A DNA stretch of 63,293 nucleotides, filler included, from Octopus bimaculoides (GCF_001194135.2; 6 parts of 5 records of this genome joined end to end with filler, not necessarily neighbours in it); one strand, 5' to 3'; shown: positions 25,400 through 39,295, numbered from the whole stretch's first letter. The notes: generated by a model from the sequence alone, not told the origin. Translations and numbers: made by a program.

Positions 25400-27258
25400 T
25401 GGGAGGGTAAAAGAAGGAACCTGAAAGAATTTTGTGTCAACAAAAAGAATTATCTTCTTATTTTCTTGTACGTGAAGACTTCCTGCAGTTGATGTTACTG
25501 TACCGTACTAGTCGTTAAGTTTGAAATAATAGAAATGGAATGGTATTAAGAAGTTACTTTTTTTTTTTTTTAGGTGGTGAGCACCTTTTTGTTGGTCCTG
25601 TAGTTGGTCCTGTAGTGGATGGGCTTTGTGTCGTATGATTGATTAATAGATGATAGTCAACAACATTAGATTGTACGAATTTATAGCTTTTTCTTTCCTT
25701 TGGATGCCATTCATTCACTTGTGATGTCAACAGCTGTTGTGTAGTTAAAGTTGTCTTTAGTTCAACAGTGAATGAGGAGATGAATAGTCATCGAAACTTC
25801 TACATAGCCAACGAAGAAATTTAAGGTACATATTCCATATTTTTCTTTATGTGGTATATTTGAAATCTCACCGTTTGTTTAATTCTAATAGACATAAAGT
25901 CATAGCAGTACCTACCTGTTTAGTCATTCATATTTATATTTTATCTCAGTGATAAAATATTTTCTTTAGATGAACTAAAATTACGCCACCCAGGTTTATG
26001 GGCGTCTATGTGCTGTATTCCTTCTGCCAAGTATTTAAGCGTCACATTTATTTCAGCACACTTTTTAAGACATGTATTACTACGCAATTACATATAAAAT
26101 GACATTGTTCTTGGTTCGCTGCTGTTGGTGATATACATCTCTGGACATTGTGAGCCGTAAGTCTATTGGTAATGCTGTAAGAATGTGTTTCTTATGTTGT
26201 TTGGACTGAGTGTGAGCTGAAGTGTTTTTCGGACGCTGTCGTTGTGGTACACTGGACGAGTTGTACAGATGTCTTGCTGTTTGAAGATAGTTGTTCATAG
26301 AGTAACGAAGGCAATAAATAGCACTCGTTGCATGTCTGGTGGTCTTTTATTTATTTATTTTCGTTGTGCAGGTCGTCTACGGTTGAAATCTGTGTATAGC
26401 CTGATGTGATATGTAATGCATTATTTTATATTCTTTTTAAACATGATTTATCTGGAGAAATTGAACAGTCAAGAAGGACTACCAATGTACGTGTAATGGG
26501 TCGAATGCATTGTCTTTACACCATTGTTGTCGATTTTTGTTTTCTATGGGTTAAGTGCAGTGTCAGTGATTACTCTAAGTTTGTGTGTAGGTTTCTTCGC
26601 TTTACTACATCTTTTATGTGTGATGTAGAAACTGTAGAAATCGGAGTTGGTTCTTGTAGTAACAGGGACTGCAGAGGTTGGAGCTTATAGAACATATCAT
26701 TGAGAACTGTCGTCGTGATATGGAGTGTGGTGTAATCGGTGTTGATGACACTGCTAGTAACTCCATAAAGTGTTTTACTATTAGTTTCGCAATTTATTTT
26801 AGATACAAATAATTACCAGTTTTTATTTCTCTGGGGATTATTTTTTTGTTGTTTTCTCCTTGTATGATTGCTTGATAATGAGTTTATATTGGTTGTGTCT
26901 GGCTTTGATGTTTGAGGTTGTCTTTAGTTTTTATGAACTTAACTATTTCTGGTTTGTAATTGGAATTGTATTTACGTTGCCTCGTGGGATATGATTTTAG
27001 ATGTGTTTATAATCATATTGTAGAGTGTACGTACGGCAGTGTTTATACTTGTGATTGTAGAATTGTTGAATTCTGAAAAGCTCAATCTCTTTCTTGGAGA
27101 AACTCGTTTTATTTTGGGTTTTGAAGTTTATGACAGTGTACTGTATTCTTCGTTGGTGCACGAGAACGTAGTGGTGATAATTGGTAGGTGGTCCGAGGAA
27201 AGTCAAGGGATTTCATGCTAAGTAGTTATGAAGCTAGTTGCGTGAAGTTGTGTGATTA
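25400..27258 (-). mobile_element. Highly decayed Penelope-like RT relic, probably continuing to ~28700 beyond the MITE
   Basis: The - strand shows KFVQSNVVDYH (cf. FIQFDIVDFYPSI) and INCRKS (cf. IMHCRKSLLF) motif remnants among many stops and frameshifts. Confidence 0.4.
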
Positions 27259-27266
27259 CAGTTGTC

Positions 27267-28000
27267 GGATCTATTTTAAAACGGGGGCGCCAGTTTTCAT
27301 TTATGTTTTATGTAGTGTTTTTAGTACCGAAAGACTTTCAAACTTCGTATACTTATCTATTTTGTGTTATAGAACAGAAAAATATTTTTGTATTCGAATT
27401 TATTTCATGTAAAAAATTGTCTTATTTCGATAATTTCTACTAATCACTGACGTCTATTCAGTTGNNNNNNNNNNNNNNNNNNNNNNNNNNNNNNNNNNNN
27501 NNNNNNNNNNNNNNNNNNNNNNNNNNNNNNNNNNNNNNNNNNNNNNNNNNNNNNNNNNNNNNNNNNNNNNNNNNNNNNNNAACCCTAACTAGACTGTTAA
27601 CCCTAACCCTAACCCTAACCCTAACCCTAAAACTAGCCCTAACTCTAGAATCCGAACTCTAAAATTGTTACACACATAGATACGCACAGCGTAATTTATT
27701 ATATAAACAATATATGCGTATAAATTACGATTAAACCGGATGAAATATGTCACAGGGAATAACATTTTTATGACCGCCCAGCAGTAACTCTATTGAGCTG
27801 AATAGACGTCAGTGATTGGTTGAAATTACAGAAATACGACAACTTTAACATGGAATAACTTGCGAATTCCTTTTTTTTGTTAAGAAGACTAAGAGTAAAA
27901 GATGTTTTATATGACACATTCTACCAGTGTCCCAAGTTTCAAAGTGTTTCGTTAGTGTTTCGTTAAGAAAATACTGGCGCCCCCGTTTTAAAATAGATCC
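27267..28000. mobile_element. Non-autonomous DNA transposon (Merlin-like MITE)
   Basis: Perfect 28-bp TIRs GGATCTATTTTAAAACGGGGGCGCCAGT (27267-27294 and 27973-28000) and a perfect 8-bp TSD CAGTTGTC (27259-27266 and 28001-28008). GG termini with an 8-bp TSD fit Merlin. Confidence 0.8.
27581..27647 (-). repeat. Interstitial telomeric-type (TTAGGG)n tract inside the MITE
   Basis: (TAACCC)x5 plus degenerate units, adjacent to an N gap. Confidence 0.8.
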
Positions 28001-29654
28001 CAGTTGTCGTGATGAGTTACGTAAATGTATTGGTGTTGATTGTTTAGGATGTAAAGTGACTTTAGTGGCGATGATATCATGTAATGTCTTTCGTTAATTA
28101 TACCACATGTTAGGAGTACTGTTTGAAAACCAGGAGGTGTTGAATGGCTATGTTTATTTTGAAAGCAATTTTAACGTGGTGTCGTACCCAATATGCAAAT
28201 ATTATATGTGATATCTCTATACTGAATGTAATTGTTTCTCTAACTTGTAAGACCACTGTTACCACTCCTGTTGCAAAACAGGTATGTCTAATTTGATTTT
28301 AGTATAATTTGGAATAGTAGGTATTCAACATCTTGGTAGAAAGAACGTTTCCTGAATTATTGTTGCATGAATGTCGTGAGTGATGCTAAAATCTTTTAGT
28401 TCCATAAAAGTATTTATTATGTTGTTTGTGTTGTGTAGGAGAATTTTTAATGCTTTGTGCCATGTTTAGAAAATTTGTTTTCGAATATACAATATTTATT
28501 TTTAAATGCATTTTTGTATTGACTTGTAACCTTAGTAAAAAAGATACCGGTTCTTCCTGATTTTTATCGTTATTGCGGTGTTATTTTCATGTAAATTCGT
28601 ATGTTGTCCTGAATTATTTGCAAAAGTTATTGTTTGTATTGGTAAAGTTTCTAAAAGCATTTTAAAAACTTTGTAAAACATTTGCATTTTACAGGTACTT
28701 TTAAAGACCACTTCCTGCAATGTTAGAATATATCTGAGACATTCGCATGTGCTGTGAGAACAATTTCTGCTTTTAAAAAATTATCATTTGGTCGGCAGTC
28801 TAATTTATCCGGCATAGTCAGCCGTTTTTTGAAGACGGTGGGGTAGTATTTGAGGAAGATTCGGCTGTAATACCCTGTTGTTGATGTTGAAATTCCAATA
28901 AAGTCGCCTTGGATCTAGGTTAGAAACCGGTTCTTTCTCTATTGGCAAGAAATCTTAGAATAAACTGAATAATGAAACACATACGTGTGTGTGTACATGC
29001 ATGTGTGTATCTATGTATGTAAACTTACGTATATCTATGCTTGTGTTTGTGTGCATGTGCGTATGTGTATGTTTGTGCTTTTACGTATGTATGCATATGC
29101 ATCTATTTGCATGTATGTATATATTTCATTTTTGTAAATTCGATGCTTAACAAAAAAAAAAAAAAATTTAGAAATTGTTTCCGTTTCATTTTATTATTCC
29201 AGGTTTTTACAACGTTGCTTATATTTATTATGCTTCATGGTTTAATTGATTGTAACGGTAAGTTTCACTTCTGTGTATTTGTGCATGAGTAGGTGTGTAT
29301 GTATTTATGCGCAAGTAGGTGCATGCGTGCGTGGTGAAGGTGAGCGTGGCTGTATTTGTCCAGATGAATATGGACATGTGTGTATGTTTGTGCGTGGGTA
29401 TGGAGATTGTGATGTGTGTTAGCGCGTGTCACTTTGTGTGTGCGTGTGTGTGCGCGTATGTGTGTGTTTGTGTGTGTGTATGTGTGTGTGAGTGAGAAAA
29501 ATAATTGATGTGTGTGTGTGTGTATGTGAGAAAAATAATTGATATGTGTGTGTGTGTGTGCGTGTGTGTTTGAGTGTGTGCATCTTTACATGTAATTTTG
29601 TCACTGTTATTTTTCTAGGATGTCTTGAATTTTTTCTTGTTGCTTATTTGCTTG

Positions 29655-30870
29655 TTGTTATTACCCTGCGCGCGTAAGCGAAATGAGGGTACTGTAATCA
29701 CTAGTCTTTGTCTGTGTGTTTGCAAGTTTACTGGAAAACGGTTGAACAGATTTTCACTACATTTGGCAGAAATACTCTTTGGGTGCGTGGCTCGAAATGA
29801 TAAACATTTAGTTCGGTTATCTTTGAAATAAAAATTATTTTAATCGAACTTACAAATTTCCCGAATGGTCATATTATTTTGTTCACTTTCTTTTTCATAT
29901 AAATCGATCTTCGTCTGCGTGTGTATAGTTCATGGTGTACCTATACACGTAGACACGTGTGCGTACATACATGCATACATTCGTACATATATACGTACAT
30001 ACATACATACATGCATACGCTCGTACACATATACGTTCATATATACATACATACATGCATACGTTCGTACACATATACGTACATATATACACACATGCAT
30101 GCATATGCAATTGTGTGTGTGTTCGTGTGTGTGTACAGTGACAGATTCGAGGGTTTCGCTTATTTACATCTTGATTTCTTAATATAACCGGAGTATAAAA
30201 TACCTATAATGGTGATGCTTAAAAAAGAAAAAAAGGAAAATTTTGAAATCGAACCTACAAATTTCCCGATAAGTAAGTGGTCATATTATTTTGTTCACTT
30301 TCTTTTTCATATGAATCGACCCTCGTCTGCGTGCGTACCTAGATTATGGTGTACCTACACGCGTAGACACGTGTGCATACATATATATATATACATATGC
30401 GATTCTCCCTCTGTGTGTGCGTGTGTGTATGTGTGTGTGTGTGTGTGTGTGTACACTGATGGATTCGCGGGTTTCGTTTATTTACGAGTCAATTTCTTAA
30501 TTTCACCAGAGTATAAATACTTATAATGGTGATACTTAAAAAAGAAAAAAATTCAGTTCAATTAAAAAACATGGGTAAGCAATGCATTNNNNNNNNNNNN
30601 NNNNNNNNNNNNNNNNNNNNNNNNNNNNNNNNNNNNNNNNNNNNNNNNNNNNNNNNNNNNNNNNNNNNNNNNNNNNNNNNNNNNNNNNNNNNNNNNNNNN
30701 NNNNNNNNNNNNNNNNNNNNNNNNNNNNNNNNNNNNNNNNNNNNNNNNNNNNNNNNNNNNNNNNNNNNNNNNGCGGCAGCGGTGGCGGCAGCGGTGGCGG
30801 CAGCGGTGGCGGCAGCGGTGGTGATGCTCGGCGGCAAAATTCAGAGTTTCTCCAATTGGTATAATTCTTC
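29655..30870 (+). mobile_element. Probable Helentron-associated (HINE/DINE-1-like) element with internal tandem repeats
   Basis: 5' end TTATTACCCT..AGGGTA short inverted repeat, then GTCTGTGTGTTTG and AAAACGG..GATTTTCA..ATTTGG boxes, two internal ~300-400 bp repeats and a GC-rich 12-mer repeat near the 3' end. The 3' boundary is uncertain because of an N gap. Confidence 0.5.
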
Positions 30871-33800
30871 ATGATGTTGTAGTTGTTGTCAAACACTAAA
30901 CTATTTCGTAGAAACACACACGTGTGTGCGCGTGTGTGTTGAGGGATAGATCAGCTGTACAAAGTTTCACCGTGCACCGAAAGTAAGTGGAACCTGTGGA
31001 AAAATTGAGGTCGAGAAATGCTTGGGACAGAGTGGTGAAGGCGAATGTCAAGCTATTGCTTCGTGGAAAAGATGACGGAAGACCGCGTTGACTGAGTACA
31101 CAGAGTGTGATACATATATGTATGCATGCATGCATACATATATGTAAATATGCTTCTTTGAGTTATATCTAAGTTCTTTTTCGGAGAGTTCAAGCTGGTC
31201 ACTAACAAAGAGACAAGGCTTTTTGAGTTAAGAAAGTTCCCAGTGATTGTAAGTATGTGGTTGAGTTGGTGTGCTGGTTGAGCTATCCATGTATGTATGT
31301 ATGTATGTATGTATGTATGTATGTATGTATGCATGCATGTATGTATGTATGTATGAATGTATGTATGTATGCATGTATGTATGAATGAATGTATGTATGT
31401 ATGTATGTATGTATGAATGTATGCACGTATGTATGTATGTATGTATGTATGTATATATGTATGAATGTATGTATGTATCACGTGTGTGTACCTATATCTA
31501 CCTATTTTCTATATTATTGACCACTTCGATAACCTCTCATCTCTAGCACTAATACTACTTACCGTGAACGCATACATTTATTGCTCATCTCACTATCATT
31601 TCTTGAATCACACATCGCTATGCCCACCTCTCTGTTAACAGTATCACTTCTACCCGTCTTTCGCCCGTGTATTTAACTCCTTTGCTTTCCGCCTCTATTG
31701 TTTATGTCAGTCTCAACCTCCTCTTCGAAATTTCACTGTGTAATAGCATCAGTGTGACTAAGGATGGCGGTGGATCTCATCTGTCTATCACATATTGCAC
31801 TCTTTCGCCCATACGTGGCGTTCTTTTATCTGTACTTATTGCTCATCACCCAATCTCCCTCCTCAATTTCCACTATATTGTGTTTCTGTTGTAAAGTGGG
31901 TTCCTCCCACTCGTGTGATGTATGAGTGCCGTTGTATTGTAGTTGCTATTTTACTCTAGTAGCCACAAAAGTTACTAGTCATCGGATACCGTTCTATCTC
32001 TTTGTACCAGAATAGTAAAACTCTAACTTCTGTCTTACTATCACTGATAGCTCCACAAGACACCGACTAGAACTGTCGACTCTCAACTCTTCAACTCACG
32101 ACCCTCTCTTGACGACCGCCTGCTGGTCTATTTATAATGGCTGTGTCCTACCACTTTTTACCGGGAGTGGTATACTGTTTCACTATACAACAGTTACCTT
32201 TGTGACTGGGAATGCCAGTAGACCACTTCTAAAACCATGTACAGTTTCCAGTGTAACTAACGATACCACTCACCTATTTTGGCACTTTCCCTAATCGTCC
32301 TTTGTGTCGTTCACTGGTACAGAGCCCACTGAGTTGCGTTCCTTTTTCCACCATTCACATCACTCTATCCCTTCCTTTAGGCCCATGTTGTAGCCTATAT
32401 ATAAATGGCTACATTGGACTGCTTGTGCCCTATGCAATCTACCTCCACTCTCCTCTCCTGTACTGCCTATCATTCTGACTTTTGGTATACTCTAGCTTCT
32501 TTTCTCTCACACATCCTAGGCTCCTGTCATCGCTGTTTAGTTGTATCTAGGATAACATTACATAAAGAACCGTTTTTCTTTTTAGGAATCTAGAGTGTGA
32601 TTTGAGGGTGATCTGGTTGTTATTATTAGCAGGTGGGGCATTGCTTCAAATGATAGTGTTATTTGTATTTCATGTTGTATGAATTATAAAAGCTGTTTAA
32701 AAATACATAGGAGATAAGTAGTGCTAATAATCATAGATGTCTGTCATCCGCCTATTATTTCAGTCACGTTGCATTGCCTTTAATATATGTACCTATTTCA
32801 GAATTGTGAATACTCCAATCATTCCACCCCTTATTGCACATTTTTCTATTCACTATTATTCACACGTCTATCACTCATGCTTCTCACTCGATGAAGAGGC
32901 TGGTGAACGGCCAGAGACGTGGCTTTATGACTTCTATCGAGAACATGGTTACTTCTCTAGTGCTGTCGACACCCCTCTAGTACTGGTGCGGCTCATACAC
33001 TCCTCTCCAGACACTTTCTACAAATTTGCGTAGGTCTCTGAGCAGGCATCGCCATGACAACTTTCTGTCATGGTCAATGCGACGAGCACACGCTATACAC
33101 CTTCCTTCCAAGCACTTCTGTAAACAGCGGAAGTGAGTTAGAACTTTAAAACTTAGTGCGCATGCACAGCAGAGTTCATGGACAATCTGTGCCGAGTGGC
33201 TTTACTCTGCGTGCTTTAGCTTCGTTACTATGGCAACAGTCCGAATACTTATTGATCAGACTTCATATATATATAGATATGTATTATTATGCATGTATGT
33301 ATGTATGTATGTATGTATGTATGTATGTATGTATGTATGTATGTTTGTATACATGTAAGTACGTATGTATGTATGTATGTTTGTATACATGTAAGTATGT
33401 ATGTATGTATGTATGTATGTATGTATGTATGTATGTATGAGAAAAGAGAGAGAGAGAGTGAGTGAGAAAAAAAAGAGAAAGAAAGACTCGGGATATCTGT
33501 TTTATCGATAACGTGTAAATGGCAAATGCGTATACATGCAAATATGAAAGCATCGAAACAAAATAAATAGTTGAAACTGTTTTCAAGTTTTGTTTTTATG
33601 TTTGTGTTTTGCTTGTTGTTGTTTTTTGTTTCTTTTGTTCTTATTCTGGCTCTGTTTGTTTATGTAACAATCGTTCTTGTGCTGCGGTTGTTTTTCCCAC
33701 AACACTCTCATACACAAAAAAAAGTAACATACATTTCTTTACACCTTTTCTCTTTTTTTCTCTCTTTTTTTTTTTTTTTGGAAGTCATCTCTAAGTCAGC

Positions 33801-34046
33801 CATGATCGAGCAGGCAGACAGGCAGACAGGCAGACAAGCCTATTTTTATTTGTTACTAAGTGCAAACACACCTAATGTGACAAGCAAGAAAGCGATAACA
33901 TATCAAAATTCTTCCTCTATTGTAGAGAAGTAAACATCGAATAAATGCATAAATCCAGCCAAGACGGGCTGGGGAGGCAACTCCAGATCTCATTTTCATC
34001 ATGGTCGTCGTTTTCAACGTCATCGTCATCGTCGTCGTCGTCGTCG

Positions 34047-34090
<44 letters not shown>

Positions 34091-35109
34091 GTTTTCGTCG
34101 TCGTTTTACCGTCCACTTTTCCATATTCGCACGGGTCGGACGGAAATTTTTGAGCATGTTTTCTGATTAAAATTAGAAATAGAGAAACGATGGGAGAGTA
34201 ATAGTGGAAATTAATCTGAACTTTGGTACACACAGAAACAATTCCGTCGTATATGTTTTGGTCTTATTAAACCTCTTCAGCTAAATATAGTCTTCACCAG
34301 TCTGCCAAATCCATAATAAAGAGTAACTGTGTGTTTTTATACCAATGTACTCAAGAAAGCGCGACGATATAATCGAAAGGAAATTCCTTCCAGGTGATAG
34401 CAGTCAAGAAAATCGTTAGTATGGAAATTGAAGGTGGAGTTTATAGGGTAACAAAGAGTAAAGGGTAAAGACCCCCTTCGGTCATGAATGATCATAGGGT
34501 GGAAGACCAGCAGTCGCCCATGCATACTACCCTCATCTCTCCACGGCACTAATGTTATCTAAGGGAAAGGCAACGGCCATTACAGCTTGGCACCAGTGAC
34601 GTCGCAACTCATTTCTACAGCTGAGTGAACTAGAGCAACGTGCAATAAAGTGTCTTGCTCAAGAAGACAACACACAGCCCGATCCGTGAATCGAACTCGC
34701 TATTTCATGACGCTCTAACCACTGAGCCATGCGCCTATGGTGGAATATAAATTAACGTGTGCATAAACAGATACTTCGATTAAACAATGCATTAAATGTA
34801 ATGATAACAAAATATTATAAGTAAAACGTAACAATAAATGAAGTTTGGGCCAAAAGTCACGCACCAAAACATTTGACATTTTATTTGTTTAGCAGAATCG
34901 CTAGCACGCCGAAGAAAATGCTTAACGACATTTCGTCCGTCGCTACCTTCTGACTTCAAATGCTGCTGAGGTCGACTTTGCCTTTCATCCCTTCGAGGTC
35001 GATAAATTAAGTACCTGTTGAGCATGTGGGGGGGGGCGATGTATCGACTTATCCCTTCCCCCGAAATTGCTGGCCTTGTGCCAAAATTTGAAATCATTTT
35101 GCCATTATT

Positions 35110-35730
35110 CATGTCTGTTAACCACCCTTCTGTTCTTATTACTCTTGCTTGGTCAGCTAACCGTTGCTCACTTGTTACGAAGCGTCCTATCTCATTCCAT
35201 TTTGCTTTCATTCGTCGTCGGAATCCCCTTCTGCTGAGTTCACTCCTGATCCAGCATTCAATTACCGTTAGGTTTGCCTCCTTATCCCACCTTCTTCTCT
35301 GCCTCTGGCTTTGTGTACAAGAAGTCTCTGAATCACGGTCAGGCCTGCGCTGCTCGACCACAGGGTACCTACCGAGCGAAAAGCTTTCACCTTTGGTTTC
35401 AGACTCATTAACACCATTATTTGATACATTTGTATTAAACATTTTCATTCAACGTTGAGGTATGTGTTTTAAGGTTAACTACCAACTGGTATTTTTTATC
35501 GAGACACCATCTCTATTAAGATTGTCAACCAAGACTGCAGAGCTCTTACTACCCATAAGTTGAGCCTGTTCTCTTCGCATTTCTGTGTGTTGGGGACCAT
35601 GATCGTGATTCTCACTAGGAGACAGGTGAGCGTCAGTTGATCCAGAATCTTCATCCAAATATTGCTCCGGAGTTAAGTCGAGTAGCCCATCCCGCTCAAA
35701 AGGTCCCTGAATAACAATGATGCTCTCCAA
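35110..35730 (-). mobile_element. N-terminal ORF fragment of an R4/Dong-like non-LTR element
   Basis: RRRWDKEANLTVIECWIRSELSRRGFRRRMKAKWNEIGRFVTSEQRLADQARVIRTEGWL. This fits the recalled RGYRKRM...EQRLADQ N-terminal motif of these elements. Truncated by a SINE at about 35100. Confidence 0.7.
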
Positions 35731-36154
35731 CTACTCCTACTCATGATATGAGTGCACATATTGTTATCCACTAAGGGTCATGCTCAACTGGTGATGGTCA
35801 AGCAACTGACAAGCTACCAGTGCGTAACTGGTACTTATTTTATCGACCCCGAAAGGATGAAAGGCAAAGTCGACCTCGGCGGAATTTGAACTCAGAACGT
35901 AGCGACGGCGAAATACCGCTAAAGATTTCGTCCTACGTGCTGACGATTCTGCCAGTATCATATCTATCACATCACCTTCATCATCGTCATCATTACTGTC
36001 GTCGTCATCATCATCATCATAAGCAGCAGCAGTAGCAGCAGCATGATCATGAGTATCAACATCGTCATCACCATAACCACCCTCACCACTACTAACAACA
36101 CATCCTTATCATCCTTTTACCTCTCCTAACCAGTAAGCTGATACGATAGTGATG

Positions 36155-36200
36155 ACGACCATGACGACCATGACGACAAAATGATGATGATGATGATGAC

Positions 36201-36250
<50 letters not shown>

Positions 36251-36362
36251 CGATGATGATGATGACGACGATGATGACGATGGCGATGATGATGATGATG
36301 ATGATGGCGATGATGATGGCGATGATGATGATGATGATGATGATGATGACGACGATGATGGC

Positions 36363-36413
<51 letters not shown>

Positions 36414-36425
36414 GATGATGATGAC

Positions 36426-36463
<38 letters not shown>

Positions 36464-36480
36464 CGACGACGATGGCGTTG
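36155..36480. repeat. Long (GAT)n/(GAC)n trinucleotide array
   Basis: Directly visible; source of the poly-His, poly-Met and poly-Ile ORFs in the track. Confidence 0.95.
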
Positions 36481-36724
36481 ACGGTGATCATGAATTATGA
36501 TGAAACTATTTCGTTCGTAATATTTTGTGCTTGAGATAATCGGTGTCATTATATTTTCATTTTATTAAGTTTTGTCCTTCATAAATACAGCAGTGTGCCT
36601 TGGGACAAACTTCGATTACTGGCTTGGAAAACAATGTTTACTACATACAGAGATGGTTTGAATTTCTTTATATTATCTTTACATTCATTGAAACATATGT
36701 GTGCACATGCATGTATGTGTATAT

Positions 36725-36824
36725 NNNNNNNNNNNNNNNNNNNNNNNNNNNNNNNNNNNNNNNNNNNNTTAATTAATTAANNNNNNNNNNNNNNNNNNNN
36801 NNNNNNNNNNNNNNNNNNNNNNNN
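36725..36824. other. Artificial 100-nt spacer
   Basis: 44 N + TTAATTAATTAA + 44 N. Confidence 0.95.
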
Positions 36825-37021
36825 CAAATACTTACATACACATATGTACTTGTGTATTTAGTTCATGCGAATAAGACTTCTGAAATGCAAATTGCAGAAG
36901 CCAATACTTCCGGAAATACAATGTGTTTTATATTCATCCTTTGGTGAAGAAATTTAGAATCAGGATTAGATCTGTAAGCTATTCACTTAATGAGGAACAT
37001 GTACTTACATATATAGCTACA

Positions 37022-37087
<66 letters not shown>

Positions 37088-38343
37088 GGGGGGGTGTATA
37101 TGTATAAAATTGTGAATTAAAATTCTAGGTGCAGGAGTGGCTGTGTGGTAAGTAGTTTGCTTACCAACCAAATGGTTCTGGGTTCAGTGTACTGACTTCT
37201 ACTATAGCCTATAGTACTTGGCATCCAAAGAATAAGTCCTGGGATCGATTTGCTCAACTAAAAAGGTGGTGCTCCAGCATGGCCGTACATATATTAGACA
37301 CACACACACACCTACATACACACATGGACACAGATACATACCCATGTACATACGTACATATATTAGACACACACACACCTACATACATGGACACAGATAC
37401 ATGTACATACATACATACATACATAGATACATGCATAGGTACATACATACATAAATACATACATACACACACATACATACAAGAACAAATACACAAAACA
37501 CACGCAGTGCTGGAGAGGCTGGTGCTAGGAGGTGGGGTACGTTTAAAAGGCATTCTGGGCTCTAACCCAGCACGAAACCAAACAAGATTCTGGTGTTTGA
37601 TTAAGTTTGAGACAGGTGAGTGAATGGGCAGTGACAAAGAGGTGACAGGTGCTAAGACAACTACACACACACACACTCACATTGGCTTTTTAGCTCAGGA
37701 GTGGCTGTGTGGTAAGAAGCTTGCTTCCCAACCACATGGTTCCGGGTTCAGTCCCAATGCGCGGCACCTTGGGGAACTGTCTTCTACGATAGGTTTGGGC
37801 CCACCAAAGTCTCATAAGTGGATTTGGTAGAAGGAAGCCTGCCATATATATATATATATATGTATATATATGAAGCATGTGTCTTCCACACCACACAAGT
37901 AGTAGTAGTGGTGGTGGTATTATTATTATTATTATTATTATTGTTGTTATTGTTGTTGTTGTTGTTGTTTTTGTGTTCTGAGTTCGGATTCTGCTGAGGT
38001 CGACTTTGCCTTTCATCCTTTCGGGGTCGATAGATTAAGTACCAGTTGCATACTGGGGTCGATCTAATCGACTGGGCCCCACTTCCCACAAAATTTTGGG
38101 CATCGTGCCTAGAGTAGAAAATATCATCATTATTATTATTATTATTATTACAAGTAGTAGTAGTAGTAGTAGTAGTAGTGGAAGAGGTGTCGGCGGTGGT
38201 GGTGGTGGTGGTGGTGGAGAGTCGGAAAGGTAAGAGTTTTGGTTGTTGAAGTTATGGCAAAATTTGTCCTTGCACATATTTCACCGTTCTGTCCACATTG
38301 GAACGTTTTGGTATGTGGACGTCATGTATGCACAAAGTGCTCG

Positions 38344-38387
<44 letters not shown>

Positions 38388-38550
38388 CATATGGGTGTGT
38401 GTATGTATATACATATACATACATATATAAGTGTCTGTGTGTGTCTGTGTGTATAAATATATATATATATGCATACACACACACACACACACATATATAT
38501 ACACATGAGTGTGTATATATATGTGTTTGTGTATATCTGTGTGCATGTAT

Positions 38551-38598
<48 letters not shown>

Positions 38599-38666
38599 GT
38601 GAATGTGTGTATATATATAGCTATGTGTATATGTGCATGTGTGTGTGTGTATACACACATTGAAGC

Positions 38667-38743
<77 letters not shown>

Positions 38744-39111
38744 CACACACATTTGTGTATGTGAGGCTATGTTTTTGTATACACACATATACACACATAT
38801 ACACACATATACACACACACATATTTACGGATATATAAGTGTGTGCCTATTCATATACAAAGAGAGTTTCCATCGCAGATACACAACTTCCACCATCGCC
38901 ACCACTATCTATCCCCAGGAAGGGATCAAGTCACCTGACACGTCATTATATTCGAGTCCCTTCCACGACATCGACCAGGTGAAACGAACGAAGAACCATC
39001 ACTGTCTTTTTCTGCCCCGAGTTTCCAGTGCAGAAGTTCACCAAACACTCGACCGGTTATTAAAAAGAGAAAGGGAGAAAAAAAAAAAAAGGGGGATTTA
39101 TACGTTCGACC

Positions 39112-39295
39112 ATGGAAAGATGTATTTTAAAAGGGCTCACTGTGATCCTTGTTTGTCTACTGCTCCAGCTGGTCACACCAGTTCTCCTGATTTCCTCGAA
39201 AACTGTTGCAACCTCCAAGCAGGCGTCCATCACGAATGGCTATAGGATCAGGACTTCAACACTGCCCCCTAAATTCAAGCCTAGCAAACTTGTGG
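39112..39295 (+). CDS. Galaxin-like secreted protein, coding exon 1 (signal peptide + basic Ser/Thr/Pro region)
   Basis: gaccATGG Kozak context. MERCILKGLTVILVCLLLQLVTPVLLISS looks like a signal peptide (basic N-region, long hydrophobic core). Donor TGG|GTAAGT, phase 1. Confidence 0.72.

Noticed and set aside
27581-27647. Possible true telomere or chromosome end
   Set aside because: The tract is short and lies between the TIRs of a transposon with an intact TSD.
32885-32925. Second hammerhead-like string (TCGATGAAGAGGCTGGTGAACGGCCAGAGACGT)
   Set aside because: Both core boxes are non-canonical (no CUGANGA, GAGA instead of GAAA) and stem I is at most 3 bp. It could be a decayed Penelope hammerhead but is not supportable.
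36109-36549. 146-aa poly-His ORF and overlapping poly-Ile/poly-Met ORFs
   Set aside because: Translations of a (GAT)n microsatellite with no splice context or unique sequence.
38691-39245. 184-aa ORF overlapping the galaxin-like start
   Set aside because: It begins in microsatellite and lies in a different frame from the signal-peptide ORF; the unique part is more plausibly 5' UTR or promoter.
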